NCBI GenBank assembly: GCA_964570735.1
Contig: CAZNAH010000002.1
Span: 9,994 to 50,030, forward strand
Direction: 5' to 3'
DNA: 40,037 nt
From: an uncultured Hyphomicrobiaceae bacterium
GTDB lineage: Bacteria; Pseudomonadota; Alphaproteobacteria; Rhizobiales; Rhodomicrobiaceae
Part shown: positions 8,604-16,892 of the stretch, piece after piece
How the letters are laid out: every line of letters starts with the position of its first letter
Position numbering within the stretch: position 1 is the first letter of the stretch
The notes under the pieces: generated by a model
Databases searched by the model: none
Told to the model about the DNA's origin: nothing
Seen by the model: the letters and a program-made list of their open reading frames with translations, nothing else
Translations under genes and position numbers: made by a program

Positions 8604-10212
8604 GGGGCAACCCCGTGACGAGCAGCAGCATGATGAGCGACACGACGACGGTGAATCGCCACCACGCCCGGCAGAGCTGGAGCGTCATCGCGTGGCCGGG
8701 GTAGAGATAGCCGGTCAGCACGCGCGCGATGCACCAGAAGGCCATCAGCACCCCGATGGCGATATGCCCTCCTGCGAAGCCCAGCGTGGTGGCGACGATC
8801 GCGCCGTAGGCATGCGCCGTCGGCGAAAGTTGCATCGCATCGGCGAAGATCAGCCCGCCCGCGAGAGCCGCCGCGCCGGCAACGCCCGCCACGAGCATCG
8901 TGAGGATCGCAGCGGACAGCCGGTTGTGCGCGACGAAGCGATGGCTCAGTTCGAACACGGCCCAGGCCGCGAGCGTCATGAGGCCAAGCGCGACGGCGAT
9001 CCCCTGGTTCGGCATCCGGGTTCCTTCAGGCGGCCACGCCGGTGCGTTCTGGCTCCACAGGAAGAAGTAGGAATAGACGAACACGGCGGTAAAGGCGGCG
9101 TCGGCAATGAGGAAGACGGCGAGCGCCCACCACCCATGGCTGGCCGAGGTGTTCAGATAGTTGGGCAGAGCGAGGCCGCGCCCCGCATCCACGAGACGCG
9201 GCGGCGTCTGATCGAGCGACCAGAGCCACACGACGATGCAGATGACCGCGCCAGTCGCCGAGGCCACCGTGAGAACGGGCAGTTTCAGGGTCAATCCCGC
9301 GAAGAACATCGCGGTGAGGAAGGCCGCGACGAAAGGCAGCCGTTGGGCGCCTGCGAGGGTCAGCTTCTGCTGCGGCGTGCCCGTGAGCGGCGCGGTCAAC
9401 AGGGTTTCGCGCCGCAATGTGGGGGCATCGGGTAGAAAGCCTTCGCCACGGTCGAGCCGTTGGCCGAGATCGGGATGATCCCAGAGCGGATAGCGGCTGT
9501 CGATGACCGGAATGCTTCGCGTTCCGTATGGGTTGATGCCCGCACCCGCGACCCATTCCATGGAGGGCGCCTCCCAGGGGTTCTCGTTGGCGGGAGGCTT
9601 GCCGCGAAGAAGCTGGCGGACAACATCGAACAGGATGACGACAACGCCCAGCGCGAGGACAAACGCGAACACTGTGGACATCAGGTTGAGCCAGTCCCAG
9701 CCGAGCCCCGATTCATAGGTGTAGACGCGGCGCGGCATCCCCCTCAGCCCGGTGTAGTGCATGGGAAAGAACGCCAGGTTGAAGCCGAGAAAGATGAGCC
9801 AGAAGGCAAGCTTGCCGAGACGCTCCGATAGCTGGCGGCGCCCGATCAGCGGGAACCAGTAATAGGTGGCGGCGAGCAGGGGGAAGACCGCCCCGCCGAT
9901 CAGCACGTAATGCAGATGCGCGACCACGAAATAGCTGTCATGGGCCTGCCAGTCGAAGGGCACGGTCGCAACCATCACGCCGGTCAGCCCGCCGATCGTA
10001 AAGGTGAACAAAAAGCCGAGCACGTAGAGCATCGGCACGCTGATGCGCGGCCGGCCCTCCCAGAGCGTCGCGATCCAGGCGAACACCTGCACGCCCATCG
10101 GCACCGCGATGGCGGCGCTGGCGGCCGCGAAATAGGCGAGCGGGAGGCGCGGCCGAGCCCGTCGTGGTGAGTGCGGATTGCGGCCCGTCGCACCCCGCCA
10201 GGAATGCGCAAG
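8590..10212 (-). pseudogene. Haem-copper oxidase subunit I/III fusion, lacking roughly the N-terminal 300 residues of subunit I
   Basis: The frame is open from 10212. Similarity begins at LAYFAAASAAIAVPMGVQVFAWIATLW (equivalent to [20 protein letters not shown]) and continues through VVAHLHYVLIGG. A subunit III-like polytopic half follows (HGWWALAVFLIADAAFTAVF...). The upstream HHMF/CuB-ligand region and helices I-VI are absent. Confidence 0.75.
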
Positions 10213-10252
10213 TCACGAACAGTCCGCAGCGCGCAAGGTCAGGATGCCCCAT
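10157..10252 (-). pseudogene. Remnant of an oxidase subunit II-like N-terminus (lipoprotein-type signal peptide only)
   Basis: The ATG at 10252 encodes MGHPDLARCGLFVTCAFLAGCDGPQSALTTTG. This recalls the LxGC...QSAL N-termini I remember for subunit II proteins of alternative aa3-type oxidases. The frame then degenerates into Arg/Gly-rich nonsense and overlaps the subunit I frame. Confidence 0.3.
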
Positions 10253-10697
10253 CGCGCGCCTCCCCTCTCAGCGTGTAGAGGTATGCCGCGATATCGCGGG
10301 CCTGATCGTGCGTGAGCCCGGTGACGGGCATCGCCGTGTTCGGGGCGTAAGCGGGCGGATTGAGCAGAAAGCCGATGAGCACGCCCGGGCGGTTCGGCGC
10401 GGTGCCGGCGATGTAGACCCTGTCGCCGAAATTGCCGAGCGACGGCCCGACGATGCCGCGCGCCTTGCGGATCGGCTCGATGCGGTGGCAGGCATGGCAT
10501 CCGAACACGCCCGCTTCGATCAGGCTGCGCCCTCGCTCAGGGCTGCCCCCGGCGACAACCTTCTCGCTGAACTGCCGGGGCGGCGTATCCACCACTTCCG
10601 CGCAGCCTGCCAGCGTGGCCGCAATGAGCGCGGCCCGCGCGACCGTCCCCTCTAGGCCGCAATTTCGCCCCCGCGCTGAAGACCGCGCAAGCCTCAC
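10239..10697 (-). CDS. c-type cytochrome (mono-haem), lipoprotein-like signal
   Basis: A CHACH haem-binding motif sits in GVFGCHACHRIEP, with a distal Met region NTAMPVTGLT and the signal AALIAATLAGC. It is the first gene of the minus-strand oxidase cluster. Confidence 0.75.
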   Translation of the reverse strand: MRLARSSARGRNCGLEGTVARAALIAATLAGCAEVVDTPPRQFSEKVVAGGSPERGRSLIEAGVFGCHACHRIEPIRKARGIVGPSLGNFGDRVYIAGTAPNRPGVLIGFLLNPPAYAPNTAMPVTGLTHDQARDIAAYLYTLRGEARDGAS

Positions 10698-11070
10698 AAC
10701 TCCCCCTCGCGATGAAAAAAGTGGACGTCGTCGTCCCGTTTATCTCAAGGATTGCGCGGAGTTTTCGTTCCTGTCCGGCAGGCTGCCGCGCGCCCGATCG
10801 AGTGCGGCGTGAGGGGCATGACTGGCGTTGCGTCCCGTCTCAAGCGGGGCTAGGCAAGAAAACTCAAAAATCGGAATACATGATACCGTTTTTTGCTAGA
10901 TTATGCCTCCGGCCTGTGCCAAGCTGCCGCAGTCTGGCTTCTGTCGCCGCCGTTGGAGTGGCCCGCGGCCATGTCACGACGCTGACAGACGAGCGAACAC
11001 CGCGACGGCCATCATGCCGGTGCAGATGCGCGCACAAGACGCGCAGAGAACCATATTGGGAGGATAACAC

Positions 11071-12021
11071 ATGCAGCATTCGTCTGCGTTCAAAGGATTA
11101 CTGTGTCTGCTTTTCGCACTCGTCGTGTCGGTGCCGCCGGTTGTGCGCGCCCAGGACTATCCCACCCGGCCGATCGAAATGATCGTGACCTGGGGACCGG
11201 GAGGCGGCGCTGACCAGACCGGCCGCATGATCGGGCGCCTTCTCGAAGAGAGCTTGAAAGTGTCGCTTCCCGTCGAGAACATCGCGGGCAGCGCCGGCGT
11301 CACGGGTCTGAACAAATTGCTGAATGGCCAGCCGGAAGGCTACCAGGTGGCGATCATTACGGCTGACACCTATGCCTTGCTCGCTGCACCCGGTCGCGAA
11401 CAGCGCTGGACGCTTGACGAACTCGCCCCTATCGCGGTCCTGATCAAGCAGCCATCCGGCTTCTTCGTGAACGCGAACAGCCCTTACAAGTCGTGGGCGG
11501 ATGTCGAAGAGGCCGCGAAGACCAAGGAGCTCAAAGTGGCCGTGACCGGGCTCGGCACGCCTGACGAGATCGCGGTCGAGCAGTTCAAGAAGCGCGGCCT
11601 AAAACTCGTTGCGGTCCCGTTCGCGAAACCCGCCGAACGCTATGCCTCCGTTCTCGGCGGCCATGCGGATCTCCTTTACGAGCAGGCGGGCGATATGCGC
11701 AGCTTCATCGACAGCAATCAGGTCAAGCCCGTCCTGTTCCTGTCGAAAACCAAGGTCACTCCCTTCACGGACGTGACGACGACGCAGGATCTCGGGATGG
11801 ATCTCGTCCTGGACCAGTTCCGCACCGTGATGGCCAAGGCGGGCACTCCCGCGGACCGTCTCAAGCTGTTGCAGGAGAAAACGGCTGAGGCCGGAAAAAG
11901 CGACGAGTTTGTCAAGTTCCTTGAGCAGAACTGGGCCGATCCCAATAGCCTCGTCGTGGGCGATGCCGCGACGGCCTACATCAAGGATCAGATCGAATCC
12001 CTCAAGGCGATCTGGAAATAG
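11071..12021 (+). CDS. tctC: Tripartite tricarboxylate transporter substrate-binding protein (TctC/Bug family)
   Basis: A signal peptide is followed by QDYPTRPIEMIVTWGPGGGADQTGR, a typical Bug/TctC N-terminus. The RBS GGGAGGA lies upstream. Confidence 0.9.
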   Translation: MQHSSAFKGLLCLLFALVVSVPPVVRAQDYPTRPIEMIVTWGPGGGADQTGRMIGRLLEESLKVSLPVENIAGSAGVTGLNKLLNGQPEGYQVAIITADTYALLAAPGREQRWTLDELAPIAVLIKQPSGFFVNANSPYKSWADVEEAAKTKELKVAVTGLGTPDEIAVEQFKKRGLKLVAVPFAKPAERYASVLGGHADLLYEQAGDMRSFIDSNQVKPVLFLSKTKVTPFTDVTTTQDLGMDLVLDQFRTVMAKAGTPADRLKLLQEKTAEAGKSDEFVKFLEQNWADPNSLVVGDAATAYIKDQIESLKAIWK

Positions 12022-12074
12022 CGCGAGCGCAGCGGTGCGGGGCTGCAAAGCCCCCGCCGCCGGAGGGGAAGCCC

Positions 12075-12671
12075 ATGCAGAATTCGGATCGTCTCATGCG
12101 TGCCGGGCCGTTCGTACTCGTGCTCGCCGCGACCCTCTGGCTCTGGTCGGTCAGCAATGGTTTCGCCATTGACACGAGGCTCGATCGGGTTGGCCCGGAT
12201 CTCTGGCCCAAGATCGTGCTGGGGCTGATGGGGCTGGCCTCGCTCTGGGGCATCGCGGATGCTCTGCTCGGCACGCGAAGACAAGGCGGGCCGGACGAGA
12301 CCGCAAACATCCTGATTTCGGAAGCGAGCCGCAAGGCGGGGCACGCGGAGGATGTCGCGCTCGTCAGCGATGCCGATGGGCAGCCGGTGCGCTACGGCAG
12401 CCTTTATGCCTTCGGCGGCATGGCGGCGATGCTCGGCTATGTGCTGGTCATCCCATTCCTCGGTTACACCGTTTCGACCTTTCTCATCCTTTTCTCCATC
12501 ATGCTGCTGGCAGGATACACGAAGCCGCTCAGCGCAGCCCTGATCGCCGTTATCGGCGCGCTGGTGTTCTTCTTCATCTTCCAGCGCGTCGCTTATGTGT
12601 CCCTGCCTCTGGGCGCCGGTCCCTTCAAGGAGCTTTCGACCGGGCTCATGGCGCTGATGGGCGTGAGGTAG
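12075..12671 (+). CDS. tctB: Tripartite tricarboxylate transporter small membrane subunit TctB
   Basis: 198-aa hydrophobic protein lying between tctC and tctA, with RBS GGAGGGGAA upstream. Confidence 0.8.
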   Translation: MQNSDRLMRAGPFVLVLAATLWLWSVSNGFAIDTRLDRVGPDLWPKIVLGLMGLASLWGIADALLGTRRQGGPDETANILISEASRKAGHAEDVALVSDADGQPVRYGSLYAFGGMAAMLGYVLVIPFLGYTVSTFLILFSIMLLAGYTKPLSAALIAVIGALVFFFIFQRVAYVSLPLGAGPFKELSTGLMALMGVR

Positions 12672-12681
12672 GGAGGCGGCC

Positions 12682-14214
12682 ATGGATGTCTTGACGCTAC
12701 TCGGCGCGGGCCTTGCCGCCCTGTTCGATCCGCACATTCTGATCTTCCTCATCGTCGGGCTGGTTCTCGGTCTCATCGTCGCGGTTCTCCCGGGCCTCAC
12801 GCTCGTCATGGGCGTCGTGCTGGCGCTCCCGTTCACCTACGGTATGGGCGTTCTGCCGGCCGTCGTTCTCCTGACGGCAATGTACGTATCCGGCACCTAT
12901 GGCGGCGCCTTCACCTCGATCCTGTTCCGCATCCCCGGCGAGCCGATGGACGTTCCGCTCCTTTGGGACGGCTACCCCATGGCGCGAGCGGGCCAGCCCG
13001 CGCTCGCCCTGGGCTGGACGCTCATCGCGGCGCTCGCGGGCGGCCTTTTCGCCTCGATCGCCATGATTGCGTTCTCCGCGCCGGTCGCGCAGGTGGCGCT
13101 GTCCCTCTCCACGCCGGAATATTTCGCCGTCATTCTGCTGGGCCTGACATCCGTCGTCTCGCTCAGCGGAGGCGCGCTGCCCAAGGCCCTGATCTCGCTC
13201 GCTTTGGGCCTTCTTCTGGCGACGGTCGGCACGGACCCGACCTATGGCGAAGTCCGCTTCGATTTCGGCATCCGGCTCCTTGAGGACGGGATCGAGTTCC
13301 TGCTCGTGATGGTCGGCGCCTACGGTCTGGGCGAGGTTCTGTCGCGCATGGAACGGCGCTCGGACGCACCGCCTGTCCTCGCCAGCGGCGGCATCCATAC
13401 GCAGCTTCCCCGCCTGAAGGAAGTGGCCGCCACGAAGGCGAGCTTTGCCCGCGGCTCGGTCCTCGGATTTCTGATCGGGATCATCCCCGGCGCGGGCGCG
13501 ACGATCGCGTCCTTCGTGAGCTACGGCATCGAGAGCCAGTACGGCAAGCGCCGGAGCGAACTCGGCAAGGGCATCCCTGAGGGAATTGTAGCGCCTCAGG
13601 CCGCGGCCACGGCATCGGTCGGCGGGGCGATGGTGCCGCTGCTGACGATGGGCATCCCCGGCTCAGGCGCGACGGCGATCATCATGGCGGCCTTCATGCT
13701 GCATGGCATACAGCCGGGGCCGCAGGTCTTCTTCACGTCCGGTGAACTCGTCTATACCGTATTCGCGGCGGTGATCGCCTCGGTCGTCGGCATGTGCATC
13801 GTCGGCTATTTCGCAATCCGGCTTCTGGTGAAGGTCCTCTACGTGCCGGAAGCGATCACCTCGGCCTTCGTGGTGATGTTCTGTTTCATGGGCGCACTGG
13901 CGTCGCGCTCCACGATCGGCGATCTGTGGATCATCGTGGCCTTCGGTATCGTGGGCTTCGCCTTCGAGCGCCTGCGGTTTCCGATCGCGCCCATGGTGCT
14001 CGGCGCGATCCTCGGGCCGCTCGCCGAAGCGAACTTCATGACGACGATGATCAGCTTCTCGAACGACTGGACCGTGTTCTTCACACGCCCCGTCAGCGGG
14101 GTGATCATGGCGTTTACAGCCTTCGCGCTGGTGTACCCCGCCGTGAGTGCGTTCCGCGCGCGCCGGAAGCAGGCGGCCGGGCACGGCGCACTCTCGAAAG
14201 TCGCGGGCGAATGA
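12682..14214 (+). CDS. tctA: Tripartite tricarboxylate transporter large permease TctA
   Basis: 510-aa polytopic protein with LPGLTLVMGVVLALPFTYG and GIIPGAGATIASFVSY motifs typical of TctA. Confidence 0.9.
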   Translation: MDVLTLLGAGLAALFDPHILIFLIVGLVLGLIVAVLPGLTLVMGVVLALPFTYGMGVLPAVVLLTAMYVSGTYGGAFTSILFRIPGEPMDVPLLWDGYPMARAGQPALALGWTLIAALAGGLFASIAMIAFSAPVAQVALSLSTPEYFAVILLGLTSVVSLSGGALPKALISLALGLLLATVGTDPTYGEVRFDFGIRLLEDGIEFLLVMVGAYGLGEVLSRMERRSDAPPVLASGGIHTQLPRLKEVAATKASFARGSVLGFLIGIIPGAGATIASFVSYGIESQYGKRRSELGKGIPEGIVAPQAAATASVGGAMVPLLTMGIPGSGATAIIMAAFMLHGIQPGPQVFFTSGELVYTVFAAVIASVVGMCIVGYFAIRLLVKVLYVPEAITSAFVVMFCFMGALASRSTIGDLWIIVAFGIVGFAFERLRFPIAPMVLGAILGPLAEANFMTTMISFSNDWTVFFTRPVSGVIMAFTAFALVYPAVSAFRARRKQAAGHGALSKVAGE

Positions 14215-14259
14215 GCGCCGCCCGCAACCCGTTCGGCGTGAGGCGGCCGTGGAGCGGCC

Positions 14260-15027
14260 TCAGCCCAACTCGCCCGAGCGCGTCTTCGAGGCCAGCCAGC
14301 CGCCATCGACCTTGATTTCCGCGCCGCAGATGAAGGCGCTCTCGTCGCTCGCCAGAAAGACGGCGGCGTTGGCGATATCATCCGGCTTGCCCCACCGTCC
14401 GACGGCATTCTCCTTGGCCCAGACAGGTCCGGTCTCCGCGCTTTCGGAGAACATCGCATTGAACGGCGTCGCGATCATTCCCGGCGCGATCGCATTCACG
14501 CGCACACCCGTTCCGGTGAAATCGACCGTCATGGCGCGGGTCAGACCGAGCAGGCCCGTTTTCGCCGCCACATAGGCGACACGGCCGGGGCGGCCCATGA
14601 AGCTCGCGATCGAGGCGATATGGATGATGCTTCCGGCTCTGCGCGCAAGCATGTGCGGAGCCACGGCCTGGCTGCACAGGAAAGGCCCCGTAAGATTGAT
14701 GTCGATCATGCGGCGCCAATCTTCGAGCGTGTGCTGGGTGAAGCTCTTGATGATCCGGGCTCCCGCGTTGTTGACGAGGATATCGACGGCGGGGAAGGCC
14801 GAGAGGGCGTCGCGGACCATCGCATCGACAGCCGCCTTGTCCGTGACGTCCACGCGCACACCGATTGCGGCCCCGTCCCCCAACTGCGCCGCGAGCGCCT
14901 GGACGCGGCCCCCGTCGAGGTCGCCCAGCACGACCCGCGCGCCTTCCCGCACGAAAGCCTGTGCCATGGCTTCGCCGATGCCGCTGGCCGCACCCGTGAT
15001 GATCGCAGTTTTCCCTTGAAGGCGCAT
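14260..15027 (-). CDS. Short-chain dehydrogenase/reductase (SDR, FabG-like)
   Basis: Cofactor motif TGAASGIGEA, NNAG, and the catalytic YVAAKTG (YxxxK). 255 aa. RBS GGAGAGG. Confidence 0.9.
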   Translation of the reverse strand: MRLQGKTAIITGAASGIGEAMAQAFVREGARVVLGDLDGGRVQALAAQLGDGAAIGVRVDVTDKAAVDAMVRDALSAFPAVDILVNNAGARIIKSFTQHTLEDWRRMIDINLTGPFLCSQAVAPHMLARRAGSIIHIASIASFMGRPGRVAYVAAKTGLLGLTRAMTVDFTGTGVRVNAIAPGMIATPFNAMFSESAETGPVWAKENAVGRWGKPDDIANAAVFLASDESAFICGAEIKVDGGWLASKTRSGELG

Positions 15028-15105
15028 GTTTCCTCTCCCCGGCGGCTCAGGGCCGCACTCTCGGATTTGACGATGGGGCGAGCTTAGGCGCGCGCGGCCG
15101 CCGTC

Positions 15106-15807
15106 TCAGTCAGAGCGATGACACTCTTTCGCGTCGGGCAGCAGGCTGAGAAGCCGGTCGGGTTCGCGGATCACGATGCAGCCTCGCTTCAACGACAGAA
15201 TACCGGAAGCCGCGAAGCCGTTCAGCACGGCGGTGACCGTCGGCCTGCGCGCTGCGACGATCTCGGCCAGCTCTTCATGGGTGAGGCGAAGGGTCCAGCC
15301 CTCATCCGGCGGGTCCGCTTCGAGCTCGCTGAAGCGAAGCAACGCACGCGCGACCCTCTGCTCCACGTTGTTCGTGAAAATTTCATGGACGCAATATTGA
15401 AAGGCGCGGAGGCGGGCGAGCAGCAATTGCGAGATCCGTATCCCCAGCTCAGGATCGGCTCGCATGAGGTCGAGCATGTCCTTGCGGCCAAGGGCGTAAA
15501 ACTCGCAGGCGGCCATGGTGACGGCTGTCGCGTCGCGGCGGGGCACGGGTGCGATCGCGGTCAGGCCGAGCAGGCTCCCCGGCAGATGGACGCGCAGCAG
15601 CCTGTCGGTTCCGTCGGCATTGACCGAAAGCGCCTTAACGCGGCCCGACACGAGCAGATAGACCGTATCCGCCGGATCGTCCTGCCGGTAGATAACCGCG
15701 CCGGAAGGGTGCTCGCGCCGCACGCCCGCCGAAACCAGGGCCGCATGCTGGGCCGGCGTCAGCACGGGCTTCGCGTCATGGTCCAAACCGAGGCTTTGTT
15801 CACGCAT
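15106..15807 (-). CDS. Crp/Fnr-family transcriptional regulator (cNMP-binding domain plus HTH)
   Basis: A cNMP-binding-like beta-roll (VIYRQDDPADTVYLLVSGRVKAL) is joined to a C-terminal HTH (LTHEELAEIVAARRPTVTAVLNGF). There is no N-terminal Cys cluster, so it is not a classical Fe-S FNR. Confidence 0.85.
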   Translation of the reverse strand: MREQSLGLDHDAKPVLTPAQHAALVSAGVRREHPSGAVIYRQDDPADTVYLLVSGRVKALSVNADGTDRLLRVHLPGSLLGLTAIAPVPRRDATAVTMAACEFYALGRKDMLDLMRADPELGIRISQLLLARLRAFQYCVHEIFTNNVEQRVARALLRFSELEADPPDEGWTLRLTHEELAEIVAARRPTVTAVLNGFAASGILSLKRGCIVIREPDRLLSLLPDAKECHRSD

Positions 15808-16193
15808 CGAGGCGTCTCACTTCGGCAGGCGCAGTGCTGCTCTCTCGAAACGATATCAAGCTTACGTCGCAACGCCACCGTTTCGCCGCAAGTGGCGAGG
15901 CCGTGGCTGAGACGTCGATCGCGCGCGTCTTTGAACTGTGCTTGGTTTCATGCATAACCCGTATAGAGCTATCGGTCAGGTGTGCGTGGACTCACGCCGT
16001 GCTATATTTCAATCAGGATTTATCGGGAGTCGAAGCAGATAATCAGTTGAGAAGCATCCGGATGGATTCCAGGAGCTTACGCTGGTCGGAGAACGCCTGA
16101 GACCTTATAAACGTTGAAAATTGGAACGCTCGGCCCCGCAATGCTGCACGAGAGTGCACGCGTTGCCCTCTCGTGCCGAATGGATTTACGGCG

Positions 16194-16440
16194 ATGACTA
16201 CTAAAATTACAGGCGGCGGACCAGTCGGGACGAATAATCCAGCCTTGAATGCTGATGTGCCCGATACGAAGTCTTTTGAGCAGGCTGTCGCAAAAACACA
16301 GGTGATCTCGCCGACAGATTCGATCGCCCCGGGCGAGCGCGGCGATGCTCCTGCCAAAGGGAATAGCGTATCCAGCTTATCTCCTGCGGTGTCGCGCCTT
16401 GACCAGCTCTTCGGAGAGTTGGAGGGCGAAAAAGGAAGCG
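16194..16440 (+). pseudogene. Orphan 5' gene fragment cut off by the IS remnant (unknown family)
   Basis: The ATG at 16194 encodes MTTKITGGGPVGTNNPALNADVPDTKSFEQ...LDQLFGELEGEKGS. The reading frame runs straight into antisense IS sequence at about 16441. Codon style is lower in GC than the upstream core genes. Confidence 0.25.
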
Positions 16441-16574
16441 TCGTCGAGACGCCCGCTGCGATATCTTACCGACGATCCGTCGACGCCGATCGCGCTGCAC
16501 GCCCGCCGCTCGCTCATCTCGTAGGCCTCCGCGAGATGGGCGACCGCGTCTCGCCTGACGGCGGGCGTCACCAT
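16441..16574 (-). pseudogene. IS3-family transposase OrfB, N-terminal fragment only
   Basis: The -1 frame relative to orfA, beginning around the CGAAAATG run, encodes MVTPAVRRDAVAHLAEAYEMSERRACSAIGVDGSSVRYRSGRLDDA. The DDE catalytic domain is missing. Confidence 0.75.
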
Positions 16575-16834
16575 TTTCGGCCCAGCAGGTCCTTCAGCGC
16601 AGTATTGTCGAGCATCGCCTCGGCCAGCAGCCGCTTGAGCTTGGCGTTCTCGTCCTCGAGCGCCTTCAGGCGCTTCGTCTCGGATACGTCCATGCCGCCG
16701 TACTTGGCCTTCCAGGCGTAGAACGTCGCGCTGCTGACGCCGTGCTTGCGGCACACGTCCGCCGTCTTCGCCCCGGCTTCCTGCTCGCGCAGGATCGCCA
16801 CGATCTGCTCCTCGGTGAACTTCGATCGCTTCAT
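16568..16834 (-). CDS. IS3-family transposase OrfA (HTH)
   Basis: MKRSKFTEEQIVAILREQEAGAKTADVCRKHGVSSATFYAWKAKYGGMDVSETKRLKALEDENAKLKRLLAE is a classic IS3 OrfA, with HTH and leucine zipper. Confidence 0.88.
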   Translation of the reverse strand: MKRSKFTEEQIVAILREQEAGAKTADVCRKHGVSSATFYAWKAKYGGMDVSETKRLKALEDENAKLKRLLAEAMLDNTALKDLLGRKW

Positions 16835-16892
16835 CGTCCGGTCCTCTCCTCGGGCCGGACTCTAACCTCAGATGGAGGAGAAACGGGGGTCA

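Larger units (their letters stand above)
16441..16892 (-). mobile_element. Truncated IS3-family (IS407-like) insertion sequence: left end, intact orfA, first ~45 codons of orfB
   Basis: The terminal sequence TGACCCCCGTTTC... (reverse complement ending at 16892) resembles IS3/IS407 inverted repeats starting with TGA. orfA and the start of orfB are present. Transposase homology stops abruptly near 16441. Confidence 0.8.

Noticed and set aside
10712-11182. 156-aa plus-strand ORF in the cytochrome c / tctC intergenic region
   Set aside because: It overlaps the well-supported tctC start and has no SD. It is Arg/Cys/Ser-rich with poor codon bias. The region is more plausibly a promoter region, with an AT-rich stretch near 10860-10900.
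15830-16170. Search for an FNR/CRP-type TTGAT-N4-ATCAA box upstream of the Crp genes, the prx-cydAB unit and the ABC operon
   Set aside because: Only half-site-like fragments were seen (for example attgatccttaattg near 35012 and tttcaatcaggattta near 16007). None approaches the full dyad, so no site is reported.
16173-16721. 182-aa plus-strand ORF taken at face value as one gene
   Set aside because: Beyond about 16440 the frame is simply the antisense of IS3 orfB/orfA sequence. Only the first ~80 codons can be native coding sequence.
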